Shown here: positions 47,901-56,518 of the stretch, one piece after another
How positions within the stretch are numbered: position 1 is the stretch's first letter
How the letters are laid out: each line of letters begins with the position of its first letter
Source: an uncultured Clostridia bacterium
GTDB taxonomy: Bacteria > Bacillota > Clostridia > Christensenellales > UBA1242
Direction of reading: 5' to 3'
DNA: 64,000 bases
NCBI GenBank assembly: GCA_944383915.1
Contig: CALWRJ010000010.1
Span: 3,099-67,098, forward strand
Translations under genes and position numbers: made by a program
The notes under the pieces: generated by a model
Seen by the model: the letters and a program-made list of their open reading frames with translations, nothing else
The model's database searches: none
Told to the model about the DNA's origin: nothing

Positions 47901-48824
47901 TTTAATCTTTTTTGGTTTTTTAGCGTATAAAAGTTCGTCTATTGCTTCATTTGTTAGGCGCTTTTTTTCTAAGAGGGTGTAGTCGTTATAAATGGAGTTA
48001 GCAAGGGGGAAACGTCCGAGAATGCAATAGTGTTTTACTTCAAGAGAGTCGTTGGCTTGTGGCTCCTTTGATTTTTCAAAGTCAAAAATGCCTTTTCGAG
48101 AATTATATCCCAGGTGAAAACCAAATTTTCGTAGATATTCAACACATTCGTTTATGTTTTTAAAGCGAGACGAAATTTTGCCTTTAAATTCCATATCCAT
48201 ATCTTCAAGATTGAGCCTGCGATTTTGTGCGTATGCAACAAGAAAAACTTTGTTAAATTGAATATTTTCATCGCGCTTTAATTCAACTTGGACTGTGTTT
48301 TCATCAATTAATTCAATAGAAACAGGGAAAAGAAGCAAAGGCGCTTTTATAAGTAAGTCTTTGCCAATACACCCTTGAATGTATGGATAACCGATGTATA
48401 GTTCATATCTACCGGTTTCTTTCGCAAATTCCTCAATATCGCGTTTTAGATTTTTAAGAATAGTAACTTGCGAGTTTAAGGCACGCCTTGTTTCATCTCG
48501 GCGCTGGCGCTCTACTCGCAATGCTTGCGCACTTTTTTCGTTTCCTGAAAGTGTTTCAAGATTTTGATAAGCCTTGCTCATTTTGTGCTCAACGCCAAGG
48601 TTTTTATAAAGGCGGTCGCGTGCTTCTTTACCAACAATTGTAAATGCACCGCTTTTTTGATTCCATAAAAAGTCTAAAAATTCATTAATGGCATCGTAAT
48701 CGCCATCAAGCGTTTTCCCTATGTCATAGATGTACTTTTTGCTACTTTTTCGCGTGTAAAGACTTCGATTTTTACCGCTAATTTCGAGCAATCTCTCTTT
48801 GTAATAAGTATAAATTGATTTCAT
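44949..48824 (-). CDS. Upf1/DNA2-like SF1 helicase (DUF4011-type N-terminus) with a C-terminal DUF559/Vsr-like endonuclease fold
   Basis: Helicase motifs are GPPGTGKSQT, LFDEASQV, VAGDSKQLRP, HYRS, VQGDERDIIIFS and LNVAITRAK. The C-terminus reads IGIECDYTAYHSS...ERDVYRPTFLKARGWDILRVWSRDWW. Confidence 0.75.
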   Translation of the reverse strand: MKSIYTYYKERLLEISGKNRSLYTRKSSKKYIYDIGKTLDGDYDAINEFLDFLWNQKSGAFTIVGKEARDRLYKNLGVEHKMSKAYQNLETLSGNEKSAQALRVERQRRDETRRALNSQVTILKNLKRDIEEFAKETGRYELYIGYPYIQGCIGKDLLIKAPLLLFPVSIELIDENTVQVELKRDENIQFNKVFLVAYAQNRRLNLEDMDMEFKGKISSRFKNINECVEYLRKFGFHLGYNSRKGIFDFEKSKEPQANDSLEVKHYCILGRFPLANSIYNDYTLLEKKRLTNEAIDELLYAKKPKKIKKPNTNLYTVSNLDYAQQNAILNLNKYGNIVIYGPPGTGKSQTIVNTITDAICKNKRVLVVSQKKAALDVVFNRLGTLNNKAMYLIDPEKNKNGFYDRVRTTHQQIMEWEPSYLQKNYDEIEEKIAREKAELQTISDCLFSPRPFGLTLQEMYTNSYVLGKTSYDYTIYRNMLKNPKLLALTYREISENLRLIKEKNKAELYYKFLEAKKSNPFIDNLKTDIEFHTLTQTKAMLQKLLSERIAPFDMSKYPHARQLISYYLDNNLDVTKIKPLVKFVAKDSNPTTTKTLKASYVLFPMYPFAKMAMNKREKETEQEFEQIISAIEEYTSDFKFLKPVLTDTGYAMMIDNVLNGNMLYLRLLLNALNDYVESRELNAMLLQLNDIEKIILNFAYKNTTTKAHYLETLEKLLNIRVYHETTILEDEHKDELAHIIDYENAKNRIISLTAEKNALSRLMCDEKFKTEYQEKFNKDPENKNFLYQISKQQNQWPIRKFMEVYGDYMFTLFPCWLLSPEGVSTIMPLIRNLFDIVLFDEASQVFIENTLPVIFRGKNIVVAGDSKQLRPTATFMKRYLGNDQDDDIDLSTQAALEVESLLDLAMTRYTSAHLTYHYRSKSEELINFSNNAFYEGRLEISPNIVQNSRPITRIKVDGKWINRKNLAEAQAVVDLLKKIFNTRKNKQSIGIITFNAEQESAIEDAIDTECNKNPRFREQFIKEQNRKEDGEDISIFVKNLENVQGDERDIIIFSIGYAQNEYGKVVAHFGPLSTEGGENRLNVAITRAKEKIYVVTSIEPEELNVEGTKNAGPKIFKNYLQYARAVSNGNQTETKIILEKALSLPEQPAKQLITNDLEQKIKVELEKLGYKVYTHLGNADYKISLGIYDKTLERYLIGIECDYTAYHSSDSLLERDVYRPTFLKARGWDILRVWSRDWWLSKTKVINTIAKTAEKNKAKYMALKNAQAETKPRNRTIKIKSKEKTTKNTKK

Positions 48825-49067
48825 TTGTATGCCCCTAAAAGAAATAATAATTTTATTATACTAAAATAATTTACTTTTTTCAATATTTTTTGATAAATTA
48901 AACACAATTTTATTATTTGATTACGATTATTTATGAATATTAGTTGCTAATACTTTAAATTAATTAATTTTTAATCTATTTTTCTTATTTTTCTAAAATA
49001 AAACCTAAATAAAACATTTTTCTACAATATTTTTAGCATAAAATATAATGTTTTAGGGGTATTATGC

Positions 49068-49673
49068 ATGGGGTTTTGTAAGTTTAAAAAAAGGTTTTCT
49101 ATAATTAGCAATAAAAAAAGAAAAAAGGCTATTTACATTTTTTCTTTGTTTTTTAAAATATTATTTTCTTTGTTTTTGGCAATTTTTATATTTTTTGTAC
49201 TTTATTATTCATTTACAAAATTTATTTTTAAAGACAACATACCAAACTTTTTAGGTTATTCTTTTATAATTGCAGTTTCAAATAGTATGGAACCTGCGAT
49301 AAACTCTGGCGATTTATTAATTGTCAATAAAAAAGAAAATTATGTAGTAGGTGATATAGTAGCATTTATAAATGATAACAATCAAATACTTACGCATCGC
49401 ATTATTGAAATTGATAATAATAATTACATAACAAAAGGTGATAATGCAGAAAGTTTAGATAGTAAAGTTTTATCATTAGATAAAATTGTGGGTAGCGTAA
49501 ATTATGTTGCTTGTGGTGTAGGTGATGTCTTGTTATTTTTGAAGTCGGGAAGCGGAATTGTATTAATACTATGCATAGTACTATGCATATCGTATTTTAA
49601 GAAAAAATCGCAAAAAATGAATAAAAATAACGAAAAAATGCCTAGAAATATTATTTTTAAGAAAAATTTTTAA
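49068..49673 (+). CDS. Signal peptidase I, SipW (ER/archaeal) type
   Basis: TM anchor, catalytic SNSMEPAINSGDLLIV, and the His region ILTHRII. Confidence 0.75.
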   Translation: MGFCKFKKRFSIISNKKRKKAIYIFSLFFKILFSLFLAIFIFFVLYYSFTKFIFKDNIPNFLGYSFIIAVSNSMEPAINSGDLLIVNKKENYVVGDIVAFINDNNQILTHRIIEIDNNNYITKGDNAESLDSKVLSLDKIVGSVNYVACGVGDVLLFLKSGSGIVLILCIVLCISYFKKKSQKMNKNNEKMPRNIIFKKNF

Positions 49674-49754
49674 AAGATAGTTATCACTAATTGCTAAAAA
49701 TACAATTATGTTGTATACTAAATTATACATTTGAAATTTTAGGTGGTGAATAAA

Positions 49755-51122
49755 ATGGAAACTAATCTTTGGAAAAAATACGCAGATAAGCGAGATGAAC
49801 TCGAAAATTTTTGCTCTGGGTATAAAGACTTTATCAGTACTTGCAAAACAGAGCGCGAATGTATAAAGCGTGCAATTATTGAGGCGGAAAAAGCAGGGTT
49901 TCGCAGTTTGCGTGAATTAATAAAAAATGGTGAAAAAATTAAGGCGGGCGACAAAGTTTATTCGGTGAATATGAATAAATCAATGATTTTATTTGTCGTA
50001 GGTAAACAGCCAATTGAAAACGGTATTAATATTTTAGGCGCTCACATTGATTCCCCAAGACTTGATTTAAAGGCAACACCTTTGTATGAGAGTGGCGATT
50101 TTTGTATGTTTGATACACACTATTATGGTGGTATTAAAAAATATCAATGGACAGCCCTTCCATTAGCGCTTCACGGCGTTGTAGTTAAAAAAGATGGAAG
50201 TACAATTGAAGTAAATATCGGCGAAAATGAGAACGACCCAGTATTTTGTATTTCTGATTTACTTCCTCACCTTGACCGCAAGGCTGAGGCAAAATATAAA
50301 GAGGTAAATGGCGAAGATTTAAATATACTTGCAGGCACAATTAGTGATGAAAAGGCTAAAAAAGATAAAATAAAATCTAATATTTTAGGAATTTTAAAAG
50401 AAAAGGGCATTGAAAATGATGACTTTTTCTCTGCAGAAATCGAAGTTGTGCCAGCGGGGCGTGCGCGTGATTTGGGGTTGGATAAAAGTATGGTATTAGG
50501 TTATGGACAAGATGACCGTGTTTGTGCATACACTTCGTTAAAAGCAATATTAGAAGCAGAAGCACCCGAATATAGTGCTATGTGTTTGCTTGTGGATAAA
50601 GAGGAAATTGGAAGTATTGGTGCAACGGGTATGCATAGTCAATATTTTGAAAACGCGCTTGCGGAAATTATGAATATTGCAGGACAATATACCGAGCTTG
50701 CTTTGCGCCGTGCTATGACGAATAGTGCGATGCTTTCTAGTGATGTGACTGCCGCTGTTGATCCAAACTTTACAGCACCTTTTAATCTTGCGACTGATGC
50801 TCATTTAGGAAAAGGTTTGAGTCTAAATAAGTATACAGGTTCTGGCGGTAAATCAGGGGCAAATGATGCTAATCCAGAATTTATAGGTCAAATCCGCAAA
50901 ATATTAGATGATGCCGATGTTGTGTATCAAGCAACGGAAATGGGACGTGTGGATGAAGGTGGCGGTGGTACTATTGCTTATCTTATGGCGAAGTATGGAA
51001 TGAATGTTATTGATGCCGGCGTGCCTGTAATTAGTATGCACGCGCCTTGGGAAGTAACAAGCAAAGTTGATATTTATGAAGCATATCGTGGTTATGTAGC
51101 ATTTTTAAAAAGCGTTCGTTAA
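49755..51122 (+). CDS. M18-family aminopeptidase
   Basis: Start at ATG 49755 with RBS AGGTGG. Motifs GAHIDSPRLDLK, YGQDDRVCAY, VDKEEIGS and ISMHAP. Confidence 0.8.
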   Translation: METNLWKKYADKRDELENFCSGYKDFISTCKTERECIKRAIIEAEKAGFRSLRELIKNGEKIKAGDKVYSVNMNKSMILFVVGKQPIENGINILGAHIDSPRLDLKATPLYESGDFCMFDTHYYGGIKKYQWTALPLALHGVVVKKDGSTIEVNIGENENDPVFCISDLLPHLDRKAEAKYKEVNGEDLNILAGTISDEKAKKDKIKSNILGILKEKGIENDDFFSAEIEVVPAGRARDLGLDKSMVLGYGQDDRVCAYTSLKAILEAEAPEYSAMCLLVDKEEIGSIGATGMHSQYFENALAEIMNIAGQYTELALRRAMTNSAMLSSDVTAAVDPNFTAPFNLATDAHLGKGLSLNKYTGSGGKSGANDANPEFIGQIRKILDDADVVYQATEMGRVDEGGGGTIAYLMAKYGMNVIDAGVPVISMHAPWEVTSKVDIYEAYRGYVAFLKSVR

Positions 51123-51400
51123 GGCATATTGTTGTAATTTATAAAATTAAAAAATTATTGGAATAATGTTCGCTTTGGAAAGTTGTTGCGCACAAATAAT
51201 ATAATGCATAATACTGTATAATACCTATGCATAGTACTGTAAAAATGCTAAAAAATACAAAAAATATTAAATAAATTTGTTAATTAAATTAAAATAAAAG
51301 GGTTTTGCTCTTTTATTTTTTTGTTTTGTAATTTTATAGTAAATTCTATTATTTAAATTTATTTTTATTTAATTTAATTTTTTAAAAAATAAAAAACGCT

Positions 51401-53704
51401 TTAATTTAAAGCGTCTTTTTGTATTCGGCTTGAATGGCAGACTAAATAAAGCACTTGAAATTCTTTTGCTATTTCGTTTAGCATATCGAGTGCCTTTTCT
51501 GTCTTTTCATCATCAAGATTAGAAAAAGGGTCATCTAAAATTATAGGTGGTGTTTCTTTATCAAATAATGTTTTTGCAAGTGCTAGTCGCATACAAAGTT
51601 CGATAACATCGCGTCCACCCTGACTAAAAGATTTTGAGCCTTTCTTTTCGCCTTGTTTTTCTATTAAAACATTTAAAGTTGTATCAATGCTGACTTTATC
51701 AAAATTTTCGCCAACTATTTTACGAGAGAACTTGCGAAAAGCATCTGTTAGTGGTGTTAAATATTTACTTGTTAAGTTATCACGCGCTTTCGATAAAAAT
51801 TCGCGCGTTAGTTTAACAATTTCAACATCACTTTTAACTTTATTTAGTTCTTGCTCAATTTCGTTCTCGCGTAATAAAAGAGTACTTAAATTGCTAGAAT
51901 GGGCGGAGGCTGTGAGAAGTTGAGAATTTATGGCACTGTTTTCGTGCATAATTCTATCTTTTTCGCCTTCTAATAAGTTAATTTGATTAGTAATTTCGTT
52001 AATATTTATATTTATTTTTTGAGAATTTTCATTTACTTTATTTGCGCGCGAAAACTCGCGTAATTCTCTATCTTTTTGTTCACAAAAATTTTGCAAAGTT
52101 TTAAGTTCGCGTGCTTTATTGCTAAAATCATTATAGCAAGCGCTAAAATTATTAGGGTTTTGATAATATTGACCATAAAAGGTTAAAAGTGATTGTTTGT
52201 AATTTTTCACTCTGCGTTCTAGTTCATCGTGTTGTGCTTGTGTGGTCTTTGTGTCTTGCGAATACTCTTTAAGCCTACGCAAGTTTAAATCAATGTTATA
52301 AATTGCTTCGACATAATTTTGCGGACTTTCGTTGTAGCGCAATATAAATTTTTCAATAATTTCGTAATTTTGGTTATATTCATTTTGCAAATTTTCAAAA
52401 TTTGTCTTTGAAGTGATTTCTGCAGGTAAGTTGCTAGATTTTGCAGGTTTAATAATTAAAAATGCTCCTATACCGCCAAAAATTGCACCTATAACTATAA
52501 ACGCAATTAGTAGGGAAGTATTGCTTAAAAATAAGGCTACACCTAAAATAATTAGCAAAACACCTATTATACAAGCACCAATGCCAAGAAATTTTTTGCT
52601 TTTAATATTTTCTTGCTTTGCGCTCTTTTGGTATATATTTTGCGAAAAACGAAGTTTGTTTTCCGTTTCGCGAAGTTTTTCGCTTAAATTTTTTATTTCA
52701 GCCATTTCGCTATTTGTTGGAACGCCTGATTTAAAATAGGCTTGCAAGCGCTCAATACTTTGTGCTTGCGAGTTTCCGTTTAATGTGTCTAGCGTTTTTT
52801 GCATAGATGAAATATTATTTTGCGTTTCTAACAACTCGTTTAATTGTGTCTCAGTCGGCGGTTTCTTGTGGAAAAAGTCAAGTAGTATATTGCGCTGCGT
52901 GTTTAAGTCATCCAAATCTTTTTGCATCGCTTCAAAATGCTTTACTTTTTCTTGTTGAATAAGATTTTCATTCGCTTGCTGTTGCGCTTTGCGTAGTTCG
53001 TCTAGGCGTTTATTTGTTGCGTTAATTTTGTCTAGATTAGCCGAATAATCTAGAGTTAGGGAATCGGCTTGCGCTTTAAATTGCTTTGCAGACATAATAT
53101 TAGCGCGAGTGCTTTCGAGCTCGTTTTGCAACTGCCATAATTTTCCGCCTTTTCCTTTTAGATATTCAAGGCTACGCTGGTAGTCAAGTAAACGCTCATC
53201 AACATCTTTTAAACTTTCAACTTCTTGATTTTCTATCAATTTACCTAAACGCTCTCTAATGCTTTCATCATCATTAGGCGCTACATATCCTTGTTGAATA
53301 AAAGTACTGCGCGCAAAAGTATCTGCGTTGATGCAGAGTTTGTTTTGCACAAAATCATCATTTTTTATAGGCGTATTTGTAGTTAGGTCGTAAATAGTTA
53401 CGCGGTCTTTAGAGGCTTTTTCTCCAAAGAATCGCTCTATTCTATAATCTTTGCCATCGAGTGAAAATTCAAGCCAGCCACCATACGCTCCATTTTGCCA
53501 CGGAGAATAACGCAAGCGCTCATTTTCGTCTAAATTTCTCTTTGTGGTGTAGGGGAGCCCAAAAAGCATTGCTTTTATAAAACTAGCAAAAGTCGATTTT
53601 CCCCAGCCATTCGCTTGTAAAATTATATTAAGGCCAGAGTTGAAGGTGTAGTCGAAATCTTGCAATTTGCCGTAATTTTCGACATGGCAACGGAGTAATT
53701 TCAT
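51401..53704 (-). CDS. sbcE: SbcC/SMC-like ATPase with central TM hairpin (YhaN/SbcE type)
   Basis: Walker A QANGWGKST, long coiled coils interrupted by two TM helices (GIGACIIGVLLIILGVALF..., IVIGAIFGGIGAFLII), Walker B ILDDPFSNLD. Confidence 0.75.
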   Translation of the reverse strand: MKLLRCHVENYGKLQDFDYTFNSGLNIILQANGWGKSTFASFIKAMLFGLPYTTKRNLDENERLRYSPWQNGAYGGWLEFSLDGKDYRIERFFGEKASKDRVTIYDLTTNTPIKNDDFVQNKLCINADTFARSTFIQQGYVAPNDDESIRERLGKLIENQEVESLKDVDERLLDYQRSLEYLKGKGGKLWQLQNELESTRANIMSAKQFKAQADSLTLDYSANLDKINATNKRLDELRKAQQQANENLIQQEKVKHFEAMQKDLDDLNTQRNILLDFFHKKPPTETQLNELLETQNNISSMQKTLDTLNGNSQAQSIERLQAYFKSGVPTNSEMAEIKNLSEKLRETENKLRFSQNIYQKSAKQENIKSKKFLGIGACIIGVLLIILGVALFLSNTSLLIAFIVIGAIFGGIGAFLIIKPAKSSNLPAEITSKTNFENLQNEYNQNYEIIEKFILRYNESPQNYVEAIYNIDLNLRRLKEYSQDTKTTQAQHDELERRVKNYKQSLLTFYGQYYQNPNNFSACYNDFSNKARELKTLQNFCEQKDRELREFSRANKVNENSQKINININEITNQINLLEGEKDRIMHENSAINSQLLTASAHSSNLSTLLLRENEIEQELNKVKSDVEIVKLTREFLSKARDNLTSKYLTPLTDAFRKFSRKIVGENFDKVSIDTTLNVLIEKQGEKKGSKSFSQGGRDVIELCMRLALAKTLFDKETPPIILDDPFSNLDDEKTEKALDMLNEIAKEFQVLYLVCHSSRIQKDALN

Positions 53705-54780
53705 AGTTTCACCTCCTCGCCAGTTAACGCGCGCAAACCGAGAGTTATCACGCGTTCTTTATCCTCGATTGAAAGGTTGCTTGCTTGTACCTGGCGCACA
53801 AATTCGCCCGCAATTGATACATCATCAAGATATTTATTGATATCCAGTTTTAAATGCGATTTATCGCGAATTGTTAGGTAGAAAAACCCCGTTTCAAGCG
53901 ATGATAAAAGAAGTTCCAAATGTTTTTCTGTTTCAAGAGTGTAACTGCCTACTAAATTAATTCGTACAAGGTCATTTTGCGAAATTTGAGAAAGGCTTGA
54001 TTTTATTTTTTCTAAAATATCGTGCGTTGATTTTAAATTTGTAATGTCGATGTCTATGTCGTGAAGCATTCGTCTTGCAAAAGGTATAAATTTTCGCGAA
54101 ATTGAGTGTTCGTTTATATCTAGTAAAATAAAACCTTTTGGACCGCATTCGTCAAAACCGCGTCCTTCAAGACAACCACTATAAGCATAAACACCGCGCG
54201 AGTCAAGACGCCCTTCACGAAAGGAGTGCAAGTGCCCAAGCGCAAGATAATCAATATTGTGATTTTTTAATAAGTCGAGATTTACTGTATCGGGCTCGAC
54301 CGTTGCTCTGCCGTGAATGTCTGCGCCGTGAAGTACAACAATATTTGTTTCCTTAGGGGGTAGGTTAAGGCTATTATATAGGCGAAAATTGTCCGTTCCT
54401 AGCGTAACACCCGTTATGTTAATATTTTTAAGTTTAAAAGTTGTCCAAGTGTCACCAAACACATTAAGGTTGTTTGGTAAACTTTCACCACGAAGTAAAA
54501 GGCTATTTTCGTCATGATTTCCGCAAAGATAATAAAATTGTACATTAGAAGCGTTTTTTATTGTGTCAATAAGGAAGTTGCGCGTCTTTAAGTCACATTC
54601 GTCAGTGTCAAGTAAGTCACCAGCAATAATTATGCCATCGATTTCATTTTTTACCGCAAAATCAATCATATGCGAAAAAGTGGCAAGCAACTCGTCTTGG
54701 CGTTTTTTTGCATCAGTATCACCAAGATGTGCACGCATACTAGCGCCTAAATGAATATCACTGCAATGAATTAATTTCAA
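53701..54780 (-). CDS. sbcF: Mre11/SbcD-like metallophosphoesterase (YhaO/SbcF type)
   Basis: DIHLG, AGDLLD, GNHD, and GHLH. There is a 4 nt overlap with the downstream ATPase gene. Confidence 0.75.
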   Translation of the reverse strand: MKLIHCSDIHLGASMRAHLGDTDAKKRQDELLATFSHMIDFAVKNEIDGIIIAGDLLDTDECDLKTRNFLIDTIKNASNVQFYYLCGNHDENSLLLRGESLPNNLNVFGDTWTTFKLKNINITGVTLGTDNFRLYNSLNLPPKETNIVVLHGADIHGRATVEPDTVNLDLLKNHNIDYLALGHLHSFREGRLDSRGVYAYSGCLEGRGFDECGPKGFILLDINEHSISRKFIPFARRMLHDIDIDITNLKSTHDILEKIKSSLSQISQNDLVRINLVGSYTLETEKHLELLLSSLETGFFYLTIRDKSHLKLDINKYLDDVSIAGEFVRQVQASNLSIEDKERVITLGLRALTGEEVKL

Positions 54781-54803
54781 ATTTTCGCACCCCCTTAAAA
54801 AAT

Positions 54804-55436
54804 TTAATTGTCCCCAAATATTTTGTTTGTAATATCACCAAAGCCTTTCATAACTATGTCAATTTTTTTAATTAAATTGTTGCGCGTGTCATCTAGCGAA
54901 ACGCGCCCTATCGTCATTTCAACAATCGAGGCAAGAAGGACACTAAAAATAATTTCTCGTCTTAAATTAATTTGTTCGCGAACGGAAGGAGTTATTTCAA
55001 TGTTTTTGTTTTCCAAGGTTTCCTCTAAATGCTGATTTATTGTTTCGCCAAATTGTTCCAAAGACGAAATAAGCAATTCTTGGACTTCGCCATTCATATT
55101 ACTACTTATTTTTTCGAAAAGTCCATGCTCAAATGCGCTTAAATGAGTGAAATAATCAAAAATTTGCAATACTACATCTGCTATACTTTTTGCTTTTTTG
55201 TAAATATTTAATAGGTCGTTCTCTACATGTGATTTATAAGCCTCTATTACCGCCATAAAGCAGTCTTCTTTATCGTAAAAATATAGGTAAAACGAACCGC
55301 GTGAAATGTCGGCGCGTTCGGCAATGTCACGAACGGAAACTTCGCTATAATCACGAGTTGCAAATTCGCGTGTGGCAGCTTTTATAATGGCATTTTTTCT
55401 ATCAGTCTTTAATCTTTCGAAATTCTCTGTCGGCAT
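54804..55436 (-). CDS. TetR-family transcriptional regulator
   Basis: N-terminal HTH, ATREFATRDYSEVSVRDIAERADISRGSFYLYF. Confidence 0.8.
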   Translation of the reverse strand: MPTENFERLKTDRKNAIIKAATREFATRDYSEVSVRDIAERADISRGSFYLYFYDKEDCFMAVIEAYKSHVENDLLNIYKKAKSIADVVLQIFDYFTHLSAFEHGLFEKISSNMNGEVQELLISSLEQFGETINQHLEETLENKNIEITPSVREQINLRREIIFSVLLASIVEMTIGRVSLDDTRNNLIKKIDIVMKGFGDITNKIFGDN

Positions 55437-55481
55437 TTTTTCACCTTTTAGATAATAGTCGATAAAATTATATAAAAAAAT

Positions 55482-55495
55482 TAGACACTTGTCTA
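55482..55495. promoter_or_regulatory. Palindromic operator candidate upstream of tetR
   Basis: TAGACA-CT-TGTCTA, 46 nt upstream of the tetR ATG. Confidence 0.4.
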
Positions 55496-55599
55496 TTAAT
55501 TTGTAACATTTATTAAAACATTTTTTATTTTATTTTAATAAAAACCGCAGATGTAAAGCGGTTTTAAAAGATATTGTTTGCAAGGTTTAATCTTTTAAT

Positions 55600-56319
55600 T
55601 TAACCTTTATTTTTTTCTTTTTTCTTGTCGGTTAAACAATGCTTGTGGTAGAGTTCGTTTGCTTGATTTTTTAAGTCGTCAGCAATTTCACGCTCGTCTT
55701 TTCCTGATTTTGCTAGGTCAAGATAAGTTGTCGCCTTTGCAATAATTACAAGATTCTTTTTCTTGCAGTAATACATATTATAAATTTTTAAATTTTTGCC
55801 ATATTTTTTGTAATACTGCTTTGCTAAAACATAAAAGCCCGCAAAATATTGCTTTAACTCCTTGTGATAACCGTCTGATGAATTTTCTGGGAAAATAACA
55901 ATACTAACGCCTTTGTTTAGTTCGTCAAAACTTGTCTTTAAGGTCGAACGCAAACGCGAATCAGGGTAGGTAGGAATGATTTGTATACCTTTATAAAACA
56001 TTTGCATAAAGGGTGTAACAATGGTGGCTAAAATTTTAGATAGCCATTTAGGAAAGTGTTTTTTATTAGGGAAGTAAATATTTGCTAGGTATTTCCAACG
56101 CTCTTTGTTTTTTCCGCACATCTCATATGTACCCCAAAATCTGCAATCAAGCGGAAAATAAAGTTCGTGAGTAAAAGGACCACTCGCTGCGCTGTGGTTT
56201 GTAAGATATATTGCACCGTTTTCAAGAGGTTCATCATTATAATTTATCAATTTTGGTTTTCGCTTGAATATGCGCATAATGCACTTGCAAAAGCGAAAAA
56301 ATGGTTTTCTATTTTTCAA
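55600..56319 (-). CDS. Acyltransferase-like protein (PlsC-type fold suspected)
   Basis: NHSAASGP region and FPENSSDG (FPEG-like) motif. A terminator AAAACCGC..GCGGTTTT lies at 55543-55568. Confidence 0.35.
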   Translation of the reverse strand: MKNRKPFFRFCKCIMRIFKRKPKLINYNDEPLENGAIYLTNHSAASGPFTHELYFPLDCRFWGTYEMCGKNKERWKYLANIYFPNKKHFPKWLSKILATIVTPFMQMFYKGIQIIPTYPDSRLRSTLKTSFDELNKGVSIVIFPENSSDGYHKELKQYFAGFYVLAKQYYKKYGKNLKIYNMYYCKKKNLVIIAKATTYLDLAKSGKDEREIADDLKNQANELYHKHCLTDKKKEKNKG

Positions 56320-56518
56320 TATTTTTTCCTTTTAAATTAGTGTAAAGATATTGTATTATAAATTTAAAAAATAATCAAACAAAATTAATAAAAATTTAAC
56401 AGTTTTACAGTTTTTATTCAAAATTTTTTAGTGCTAAAAAATAGTAAAAATAATAAAAAACAAACAAGCGGTGGTTTTGCTTGTTTGTCTTTGTAAAATA
56501 ATAATTTAAGTTAAGTTT

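Noticed and set aside
49569-49582. A 14-mer, CTATGCATAGTACT, shared between the signal peptidase gene and the intergenic region at 51225-51238
   Set aside because: Several exact 14-mer coincidences are expected in an AT-rich 64 kb window, and there is no extended similarity.
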